Assembly: GCF_006345805.1 (NCBI RefSeq)
Contig: NC_042997.1
Span: 190,154,001 to 190,218,000 of the forward strand
Direction: 5' to 3'
Source of the DNA: Octopus sinensis
Lineage: Eukaryota
Length of the DNA: 64,000 nucleotides
In this document: piece by piece, positions 53,541 to 64,000 of the stretch
Layout of the letters: the number at the start of each line of letters is the position of its first letter
Numbering within the stretch: position 1 is the stretch's first letter
Translations under genes and position numbers: made by a program
Notes under the pieces: generated by a model
Told to the model about the DNA's origin: nothing
What the model saw: the letters and a program-made list of their open reading frames with translations, nothing else
Databases searched by the model: none

Positions 53541-54867
53541 GTATATGTGTGTGGGTGTGTGTGTGTGTGTGTGTGTGCGTGTGTGTGTGTGTGTGTGTGT
53601 TGTGTGTGTGTGGTGTGTGTGTGTGTGTTTGTGTGTTTGTGTCAGTGTTTGTCTCACTCCACCGCTTGACAATCGGTGTTGATGTGTTTACGTCCCCGCA
53701 AACTAGCGGTTGGGCAAAAAAGACTGCCCCAGCATGGCCACAGTCTAGTGACTGAAACCAGTAAAAGACAAACGATCGGTAATTTAATGAAACATATTTT
53801 ATAGAAAGAGATGAGAAAAACATGGGTCATCGCTCATATTTAATTTCTTTGATTTTGTTATATTTTCATATCAGTCAGAATCAGACAAGAAATTTTGTGT
53901 CGTTTAGTTACAGATAAACCCTGATGAATGAGACCTATAACCAAATTTGTTGAAGGAACATTCATTTGTTTGTTTTCATTTTCAATCAAAAGCCATGATC
54001 TAATTTGTACTTTTGTCAAAATGAAATTTGAAAGAGCAATAGCCCTAATAATTCGAACGTCGATAGAGATCAGATGATGTTTTATAAATAAGTAAATGAA
54101 AATAGCATTCTAATTTGCTAAATCACGTTCAGAAGCGAAATAGTAACGAAATTTTACTGAGAACCAACTTTCTAATGCTTAACTATGTATTGTAGCAACT
54201 AAATCTTTCAGTGTTAACTGATTTATATGTTATTAATAATTCAGAGCGTGTTTGGATTAACTTGATTTAGATATAATGATATAGAAATATAATATGATGT
54301 AAGGAGAGTAATTTTTGCAATATTATTTATGCAAATTAACTTTTTCCCGAAAGGTTTCTCAAATACATTTAAGAAGTTTTGAAGAAAATATTTCATGAAA
54401 TTCATAAATATCCTATTATAATGCATAACCTTTCTCTGATTACTCTCTCAGAGTTCGGATTCGGAAATATATATATATAGTATCACAACTCTGCTATTAA
54501 ATAGTCGTTTCACATTTTGGTACAAGGTGAACAATTTTAACGGGAGAAGGTTACTAGTTTCCATCGACACCAGTGCTTAATTGTAAATTATTTTATCAAC
54601 CGCAAAAAGGTCGACATCAGTGGAATTTGAACTCAGAATGTAAAAAGCCGGGAAAAATCCCGCTACGAAATTTGTAAAACTCACTGACGGTTCTACCTGT
54701 TCATCGCCTTTGTATTAAAAAGCAAAACAGAGGATGCATGAGACTGTTTGATAATAATTTGTCTCATCTATCTATCTATCTATCTAACTATCTATATATG
54801 TGTGTGTGTATGTGTGTGCGTGTGTGTGTGTGGTGTGTGTGTGTGTGTGTGTGGTGTGTGTGTGTGT

Positions 54868-55420
54868 GAGGTGTAATGGCCCAGTGGTTAGGGCGGCGAG
54901 CTGGCAGAAGGGCGGCAAGCTGGCAGAAACGTTAGCACGCCGGGTGAAATGCGTAGCCGTATTTCGTCTGTCGTTACGTTGTGAGTTCAAATTCCACCGA
55001 GGTCGACATTGCCTTTCATCCTTTCGGGGTCGATAAATTAAGTACCAGTTACGCACTGGGGTCGATGTAATCGACTTAATACTTATGTCTGACCCCTCTA
55101 TGTTTAGCCCCTTGTGGGTAATAAAGAAATAGGTTAGGGCAGCGAACTCGCGGTCGGAGAATCGCTGTTTCGATTCCCAGACTGGGCGTTGTGTGTGTTT
55201 ATTGAGCGAAAACATCTAAAGCTCCACGAGTCTCCGGCAGGGTAGTGGCGACCCCTGTTTTATTCTTTCGCTGCAACATTCTCTTACTCTTTCTTCCTGC
55301 TTCTTGAGCAACGCTGCGATGGACTCCCGTCTCCTCCAGCTGGGGGGGGGGGGTGCACATACGCCACAGAAACCGGGAAACCGGGCCCATGAGCCTGGCT
55401 TGGCTTGAAAATGGCGCACA
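54868..55420 (+). mobile_element. SINE family C with a SINE family A copy (~54891-55131) nested in its head
   Basis: ggttagggc duplicated on both sides of the family A insert. Confidence 0.82.
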
Positions 55421-55471
<51 letters not shown>

Positions 55472-56329
55472 TATATATACCGATATATATATATGTATGG
55501 AGATAAATATAAATTGATCAGTTAAATGGGGTCGACTCGTTCTGTGGATCATGTCAATTGTGGCTAAGTGTTGTTATCTGTTTTCGGTTTTCAGTATCAA
55601 AATTAATGAAAATAGGTAGTTATTTACTTGATACAAGTAAAATATTTCGGGAAGATTTCGATCACATGTTGAGTTCAAGTTACAATTATTACAATTATCG
55701 GTACTTCATGTTTAGTTTAATTTTTTTTTTTTTTTAAACTAATTATATGAAATATTTTGAAATTATTCATACAATTTTAGGGAGTTATGGACTATCAAAG
55801 TTCTGGTGTATTTTCATCTATTAGAGTTGTACAGAAAAATCATCTGTAAATAAATCTTTACTGCACATATATTTTGTAAGCGATATCTTTGAATCAAGCG
55901 GATAACAAACGATGTTTTGTTGCTTTCATTATCAACTAAATTAGCCTGCAATTGACCCAATTAATATTTTCTTAATCCACTTGAACTGAGTTGCTTTCAT
56001 TGAATAATTTAAAGTCCGTAAAAGTCATTGTCGGAACTTATGAATCTGATTACACTTGAGTAATTAAAAAAACATCTAAAACGATAGAAAAACATCATAG
56101 GCGATACATCAAACGAGTGTCCTGCTGATAAATATCAATAACAAAAATTTGCTTAGACTTAGTGGAACGAACTTTGAAAAATTATGTATTTGTAAAACGC
56201 ACTAAAAATTAAGAAGGAAAACATTTTTGTTTTATTTACATGACTCTGATACTTTACTGTTGACACAATACAGAATTCTAATTCTTCGCTGGCAGTACTA
56301 ATTCAGTTGATTATATTTCTTTTATTCTT

Positions 56330-56650
56330 TCTTTTACTTGTTTCAGTCATTTGATTGCGACCATACTGGAGCACCGCCTCGAAGGGTTTTAGTCGAACAA
56401 ATCGACCCCACTACTTGTTTTTTAAGCCTAGTACTTATTCTATCGGTCTCTTTTAGCCAACACCGGTTGTTAGGCATTGATGGAGAAGGGGACGAACACA
56501 GACACAAGGACAAACACATAGATATATACCAATGCATATATGAGGCGGGCCTCTTTCAGTTTCTGTCTACCAAATCCACTCACAAGGCTTTTGTCGGTCC
56601 GAGGATATAGTAGAAGACAATTTCTGAAGGAGCCACGCAGTGGAACTGAA
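56330..56650 (-). mobile_element. SINE family B, decayed
   Basis: Reverse family match. Confidence 0.75.
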
Positions 56651-57402
56651 ACGTATTAACTCCGTATGAGTGAGGGTGCGTAGCGTAGTGGTAAGTGTGC
56701 TGCACTCAAGTTTGTGAGCTCGTGGGTTCAATTCCAAGACCGGGTGGTGTATTGTATACTTGAACAAAACACTTCATGAGCTTGGTACGCCATCCACTTA
56801 TACAAATGTCGATTTGATGGATTGAATGATCACAAATATTTAATCACTATAAACAAATCATCTGTGCATATTGTATACGCACTTGTGTAAACACACACAC
56901 ATATACACACACACAGATGCACACACACACACACATACACGCACACACATATGTATATGCGCATATATGCGCAGTAGCAATAGGGATACTATCGTGAAAT
57001 ATATATAAGTGAAAATATCAAAATATCTTAAGCAGAACTCTTCAGTATAAAACACTTCGAAACATTTTTCCCAATATATAATAGTGTGTGTATGTGTTTG
57101 TGTGTGTGTGTTTGTGTGTCTGTGTGTGTGTGTGTGTGTTGTGTGTGTGTGTGAGTGCATGTATATGCCTATGCCTGTCTTTATGTTTGGGTATGTTCCC
57201 CGCAACTTTTGATAACCAAGGTTGCTTTCTACCTTTACGTCCGCATTAATTATCGGTGGTTCGGCAAAAAAAAAAAAGAAACCCAAGATAAAAATTAAGT
57301 ACCAGATTGTAAAAGAATAATAAGTATCGGGGTTCAGTTTGTTCGACTAAACCCTCCTAGGTTGTATCTCAGCATTGCTACAGCCCACTGAATTTATAAG
57401 GA

Positions 57403-57463
<61 letters not shown>

Positions 57464-57679
57464 TAAGGAAAAATTTTTTAAAAATGCAGAATGCTCAAAT
57501 GAAAGAAAATTTTAATAAAATGAGAAATTGATAAAATATATAAATATATATTTATATATTTTATCAATTTCTCATTTTATTAAAATTTTCTTTCATTTGA
57601 GCATTCTGCATTTAAAAAAAAATTTTTCCTTACTTATCATTTCTCCACGTGCGGTCAACACAACCCCACCATTTATTGA

Positions 57680-57734
<55 letters not shown>

Positions 57735-57863
57735 AGGTTGAAAACGCCACTATATAAGATAAATCTTTATTTTTCTGAGAGATTTTACATGTTTCGGTTC
57801 CTCAAAAAGCAAACCTTACCAAAAATATATATTTTAAAAGTTAAGTGTAATAAAAGAAAATAT

Positions 57864-57912
57864 TTTTTTGATAAGGTTCGTTTTTTTCAAGAAGAAACGA
57901 AACATGTAAAAT
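57864..57912 (+). ncRNA. Hammerhead-like motif with U3-A8 core (H8), decayed
   Basis: TTT-TTGATAA-GGTT...AAAC-GAA-ACATGT-A-AAAT; the inverted arm gives a perfect GGTT...AACC stem II. Confidence 0.45.
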
Positions 57913-58427
57913 CTCTCAGAAAATTAAAATTTATCTTATATAGTAGTGTTTTCAAACTTCTTATATATATATATGTGTGCATACATATGTACGCGTGTGT
58001 ATGTGTATGTGTACATGTATATATATATATATATATTGATGTATACATGTTTTTGTGTGAAAATATACAGTGAGGGACAGATTAAGAGAAAGGCAAAAAC
58101 AGTGATAACTGTGGTGATATAAACTATTGCAATTCTAATTAATGTTTCCATTTAGTGTCCAACCCATCGAGTGTTAAATGGCACGTCTCTTTTGGAGAAT
58201 ACTCTACTTCGTCAATATCCACGAAATTTGTTTCCTCGAATTTAGTCAATCAAATGTTGATATGTAACAATTGAAGAGATACATTTTCTGATCTTTGCCA
58301 CAGCTGTAATCTACCTCTAAATACATAAATGTATTTTTGACATACACCTCTATAATAGGCTGCTGGGTTCTCTTGCCTCTTTGGTGAATAAACCTAAAAT
58401 GCCAAGTATTATAATACATATAAGAAA

Positions 58428-58824
58428 GGCTGAAGACGCTCGTCCTTTATTCTCTAGAAAAACGCCGCCGCCGTGGTGATCTCATTCTCGCTCACAACAT
58501 CATAAGCGGAAAGTGTAACCTCTCGAAAGAGCTGTTCTTCACTCCTGCTCCAGAGCGTCGGCTGCGAGGTCATTCCGAAAAGCTCTTTCTGCGACGATTT
58601 CATCTCAATCGAAGGAAAGTGGCTTTCTCCGTCCGGGTTGCGGATCCGTGGAACAAGCTGCCAGACGAGATGGTGAAGATGCCGACGACCGCTTTGTTCA
58701 AAGTCTCCCTTGACCTCAAGTGGCCTGAACTCTTTACATGAACACCACCCTGTAAATAACTCCATGTCCCCCTACATGGCCTTGCTTTTTGCTTTTTGAG
58801 CCAAAAATTAACTAACTAACTAAC
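58428..58824 (+). mobile_element. 5'-truncated CR1 LINE 3' end
   Basis: LYSLEKRRRRGDLI...RLRGHSEKL...FSVRVADPWNKLP...FKVSLD*; (AACT)n tail. Confidence 0.88.
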
Positions 58825-59353
58825 ACATAACATAGTAATGTTATTTTATATATTTCACGTACACACCATAAATGAACTGATGATTAGGGCGTTCTATATG
58901 ACTCTACGATTTTTAATAATAACTAAGAGGTCACACTAAGGTGCAAGCAGAGAACGTTTTACTTTTCGAGACAGCGAAGATTGCTCCGAAAACAAAAGTA
59001 AGAAAAACAAAGTAAACCTTTATGAAATTCGAATTGTAATTGAAAATGAGACAACTAGAATACCAGAAAGGATTTTATCTGGTGCTGTAGTGATTCTAAC
59101 TCTACAACTATTGTTTTCTTTCATTTATTTATATGCTTTCATAATTTGAAGAAAGATATACAAGCACAAGGCCACACTTTCACTTAACATCGTTTCTAAT
59201 TCTTCACTGGTGCTTTATTTCATAGAATTCTGAAGGATGAAATGTAGAGTCAAACTTAATAGCCATTGAATTCACAACGTAAAAGGACGTAACTAATTGC
59301 CGCAAAGTAATCGTTAACTTGCGTTCTACTGGCATTGACATAGGGTAATGATG

Positions 59354-59404
<51 letters not shown>

Positions 59405-59423
59405 TAATAACAACAACAATAAC

Positions 59424-59810
59424 AAGTATAAAGATCTCTTGAAATAGAAATTTGCAAAATGTGGAACCTCAAGACTAAAACAATACATGTTGCCATAGGT
59501 GCCCTGGGAATGATAGCAAAAGGGGCTGATTGTTTACTATCTCAGATACCAGGAAACTCCAAAATTCAAATGATAGTGCTCATGGGAACTGTCCATATCC
59601 TACGTAAAATACTGTCTATGTAATCTCAAATTTTAAAACAAACCCATAATTTTCTTATGTTTTCTTAAATATTCTCTAGAAGAATACTCTGTGCAAAAAC
59701 CAAATATACAACACTCTAGGCATAACACCAACATGAACTTCTAACTTGTCTCTTGAGATCTTTGCGTGAGGCCTGGAGCCAACTTGTACAAATACAAAGG
59801 AAAAGTCAAA
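59424..59810 (+). mobile_element. R4/Dong-like RLE retrotransposon 3' remnant inside (AAT)n
   Basis: KYKD/LEIEICKMWNLKTKTIHVAIGALGMIAKG...IQMIVLMGTVHILRKILSM* (stop 59621-59623), the C-terminal restriction-like endonuclease region; (AAT)n on both sides. Confidence 0.8.
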
Positions 59811-59811
59811 C

Positions 59812-59861
<50 letters not shown>

Positions 59862-59917
59862 CAATAATAATAATAACAACAACAACAAAAACAATAATAG
59901 TAATAATAATAATAAAT

Positions 59918-60471
59918 ACCCAGATGTAGTACGGGGCAGTGGCTCTTATGTCTCCCGATCTTAACTGATTGGAAGTTTTATCATGTACATTGTTTTGTCT
60001 TGGTATAAAAGATGGGCTATAGCAAATATTCTGCTCAATACCACAGATTTGTTTGTCAGTTGCTTGACCATAACCTGATGAGCATGTCACTTAGTGGCTG
60101 ACGATATTTGCATCTCTGATCACGAGCAGAAGTAGTGGGGGAGCATTATAGCCATGTGTTGAGAGGGATTCTTTGGGGTTTGAATAATTCACCTCTGGAA
60201 ACATGAGTATCTTGTTCATCATCTTTAAACAGCCCTTATTCAGGGACCTTTTGAGCGGTGTGGGCTACTCGACCAGAAGAAAATTCTAACTGGGCCCCAC
60301 CTGCAAGGTCGTGTGCTGTTTATCTTGAAATGAGATCATCATGTCGCGCACATATGGTTGTGATGCATGTGCCTGGTGTACTCTATCAGACGGGTAGTCA
60401 TGATGGGTATACTGGGCTTTGTATATTTTTACCCCAGTGTCACTTTGAAGGCATGCACTGCTCTTTCACTC
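59918..60471 (+). mobile_element. (AAT)n-associated non-coding repeat (same family as 23755-24382)
   Basis: Co-linear high similarity with 23906-24382; both end ...cactc-aataat and follow (AAT)n. Confidence 0.8.
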
Positions 60472-60788
60472 AATAATGTTAATAATAAACATTTGTGCTA
60501 TAGGCACCATGCCAGAAATTTTAGGGAAAGAGCCTAGTTGAATACACCTACCCAAGTACGCAACAGAAGCTTATTTTATCGACCCCGAAGAATGAACGGC
60601 AAAGTCAACCTCGGTGTCATTCGAAATCAGAACCCAAAGTTCGAGAGGAAATGCTACTCAGAATTTTCTGCGTTGCGCTAACAATTTTGCCAGTTCAGAA
60701 TTTCCCATGTAGGTCACCTTAATATAATAATTACAGAAAACAAACAGTAGAAATATAGAGTAGATGTAGCGGTATTATTGATTCTCAC

Positions 60789-60928
60789 CTTACTGGAATC
60801 TGGTTCCACATGATGTGTCCTGCTGCGGTGTTGATGCTTGACGTAGCTCGGTCCTCCACACATATGTGGGTGATATCTGGAAATGACGTAACCGTTAGTC
60901 GAACCCGGATGAGCTAACATTTCCATAC
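60789..60928 (-). CDS. Candidate N-terminal (A/B domain) exon of the PPAR-like gene
   Basis: Pyrimidine-rich acceptor ctctgcttcgttgctatcacag|GTATGGAA; ATG at 60926; MEMLAHPGSTNGYVISRYHPHMCGGPSYVKHQHRSRTHHVEPDSSK; strong donor AAG|gtgaga in phase 0, matching the phase-0 acceptor at 15349; non-repetitive sequence. Confidence 0.55.
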
Positions 60929-62308
60929 CTGTGATAGCAACGAAGCAGAGCGTCAAAGAATGTCTAGACACCATATGAAAGTTTCATTATGTTCTTTATA
61001 AAATATCTAGTTTTGAATCATTAGTAATAGAAAATCTGTGTTGCAGATTATTTACTTTTTATCCCAACAGATGAAGTTATAATTAAAATAAAACCATTTC
61101 TGTGTCACTTTTCTAGCAATCACGTAATTGAGAGAATCTTACCATTACCGTCTATTCATGGAATTTCAATGAATTCTTCCTGTTTTATTGGAGTGTGTTC
61201 ATATTTAGCTGACAAGCTTTTGTATAGAAATTTCTAGTTAATATTTTGTTTTACTTGAAATGAAAAATTTGAAAGTAAGTAACCGTCTAACAACATAGAC
61301 AAAAACACTATTTGAAAATTATAAGCATATAATTTAAGAATCAGAAATTTATCATCAAAAATAAATTAGAGAGGATGACAACTCGACAGAATGTGTAATG
61401 TTTTACGTTTCTTGCCCTTTGTGTAATCATTACTTTATAACTGGCTTAATTTTAATTGAAACAATTATATTTTTTTTACAAGACTATCATTAACGTGACG
61501 ATATTAATATGATAAAGTTATAGAAATTCTATTGATATTAAACTGCAGTCCTAAATACATAACTTAGAACTAGTTCAACACTGTATTGATTACACAGGCT
61601 ATTAATTCTAAGCTTAGGCAGAAGCAGCAGGGTTTGTTGGTGATGTACAACGAATTTTGTGTATTATCATTTGTAACGTCAGTTGTTTCAGCGTCACATC
61701 ATCATCATAGTAATTTTCACTGTTACTCATAGAAGAGTTTTCTCACCAAACGCAATAATTGTAAGTAAATGTATTTAGGGAATGTTGGCATACAAGAAGG
61801 TTATTCCATATAATCAGAGAAAATAGTTTAATTGCGCAAGTTATTTTCTTGCTAAATCTTCGAAGCCCCCCTTTCACCCGAAGGTCTCTGGGAAACACAT
61901 AACAACAGAAATGAGGTGTAAGAACCTATGGCGTCATGAAGACGTCAGTTCCTGCTATATGCCAACACCCAAACTGCCAAATTAATGACATTAATGTTAA
62001 GACTATGGTGTCTAACAACTCCTAATCTCCGAAGAGATAATTGGGGTAAAAACAACCGGTTTCCGATTTTTCCCATCGACACACAGGCACGCACACACAC
62101 GCACACCGCGCACAAGCACAACAAAGCACAAAACAACATACTGACAATACAACATACACACAAACAGAAACAGAAACTCATAGACACATGTGCACGTAGA
62201 AGAAAATGTGTCTCAGTTTACACTGATGTGCAAAAACTTGCAAGCCTATGTGCTCATCCTTAGCCATATACACGAGCAGACATGTAAATTTTCTTTATTT
62301 CACATACA

Positions 62309-62635
62309 GGCCTAGGAGAGGCTGTATGGTAAGTAACTTGCTTACAAACCACATGGTTCCGGGTTCAGTCCCACTGTGTGGCACTTTCGGCAAGAAACTG
62401 AAAGAAGCCCGTCGTATATATATTTATATGTGTGTGTGTGCGTTTGTGTATGTTTGTGTGTCTGTGTTTGTCCCCCCAATATCGCTTGATAACCGATGTT
62501 GGTGTGTTTACGTCCCCGTAACTTAGCGGTTCGGTAAAAGAGACCAATAGTCCTGAGGGTCGATTTGTTCGACTAAAGGCGGTGCTCCAGCATGGCCACA
62601 GTCACATGACTGAAACAAGTAATAAGGTAAAAGAG
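62309..62635 (+). mobile_element. SINE family B with deletions
   Basis: Family match. Confidence 0.82.
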
Positions 62636-64000
62636 ATACATATCAGTAATTCTTCCTATATGTTTGTGTGTATCTGCGCATGCGTGTGCATGCTTTTGCG
62701 TGAGCGTCTAAAGAAGAACCATTGTCTATTTATGCATTTTTATATTACATTGCGCACATAATGTAGTGATATTTCAAAGTAAGATGAAAGTCTAAGCTCT
62801 CTTCCTTTCATTCCATATTCTTCTTCCCTGCCAGAGTATCAAGTAATTGGAAATTATACGTTAATTACTTCATTAGATACCGGAAAGAAATGGTAACACA
62901 TTATTGCATTTAGTAATATAATAGACGGCAAACATAACGCTCACACACTATTTCCCTGAGTAAATCCTCTTTGATATCCTAAAACATTTATCTTCGTAAT
63001 ACCTCTTTCAATCAAATGTTAGAGTTGCAGGTCAACAACAATCTTATGTAATGGCGTCTCCTGTTTGACTTTCTGGAAAACTGTTGTACTTTGTTATATT
63101 ATATTTTGTCATTCTCATACATTGACATAAATTTTCTCTTCCTTCAAAGTAATATATTCCCATCCTTTATATGTATTTTTTTTTTCTCTTACGAGTTCTC
63201 TCGTGTCATTTCTTGTTCTAGCATTTAGCATCTCAATTAAGAGAATCACAGACCTTGTTGTGGTTGAACTTAATCCTCACCTTTTACTGCTTTTTCCTTT
63301 ATTCTCCCTTCCATTCCCTCTCTGTCTCAGCCTCACTCATCCTTTCTTAGCACATATCCATTTACTTTGGTTATTTTCCATTATATTCTCTTTTATTTAT
63401 TGTAATACTATTCATATATTTCTTTAGTTTAATTGCGAGTGAGGTAAGCAGCGCGGTACTGTGTGTGTTCTGGCTACCTCTCGTGTTCCCTTCCCACTAT
63501 GCTTTCGTTGCATTCCTCCTTCTTCCTCATTCTCTTCTCACTTCCCCAATATTTCTATCTTTCGATCTATCATCTTCTTTCAACCTGTCTGCAAACGCAC
63601 TCACACAAAAAAACCTGCGTAAATTTTCGTTTCTCATAGGCGCTTCTGCTACCCCCATATCTCGCTCTTCCATTCTCCCACATGTCATCTCGTTTAATGT
63701 CACCCTGTGTCCTTTTCTGCTTTACTATCTAACAGGTTCTTCTTTAAGCTTATTAGTGCATACTTAACAAGGCACGAATAATCACGAAGGCGCCGGTATT
63801 TTCATACGTCTATGTATTAATATACATAGCCACTTTCTGAATGCTGCATATTCCAAGTGATACACACACACACACACACACACATAAACACGTGCACACA
63901 AACACACACATATCGCGATGCATGACCAATATTGGCCATTTATTACTTGCAACTTCACGTCGTACTTTCACGCAGTCATACACACACACAAAACCAAACA

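Noticed and set aside
53921-53927. Isolated CTGATGA (also at ~12977 and ~26882)
   Set aside because: No stem II-GAAA-stem III-UH arrangement follows

Overview
AT-rich, microsatellite- and SINE-dense animal genomic DNA, most likely an octopus (inferred from the SINE families). The window is mostly intronic sequence of a minus-strand nuclear receptor gene with a PPAR (NR1C)-type DNA-binding domain. Two DBD exons are clear (15236-15349 and 9726-9870). Two phase-compatible candidate N-terminal exons lie at 60789-60928 and 39564-39713. Hinge/LBD exons were not found and probably lie left of the window. The introns hold many tRNA-derived SINEs, two non-autonomous Helitrons, a hAT MITE, Tc1/mariner remnants, RTE, CR1 and R4/Dong-like LINE 3' ends, and a 1.84 kb near-perfect palindrome. 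The most striking hidden signal is a set of about eight sequence-unrelated, short non-coding elements, mostly embedded in (TA)n or (AAT)n tracts and often arranged as inverted copy + forward copy + tail. Each carries a minimal type I hammerhead-ribozyme motif, including apparent compensatory G3-C8 and U3-A8 core variants and one family with a tRNA-derived Pol III head. They look like non-autonomous Penelope-like/retrozyme-type elements. All folds were read by eye; activity and novelty are untested.
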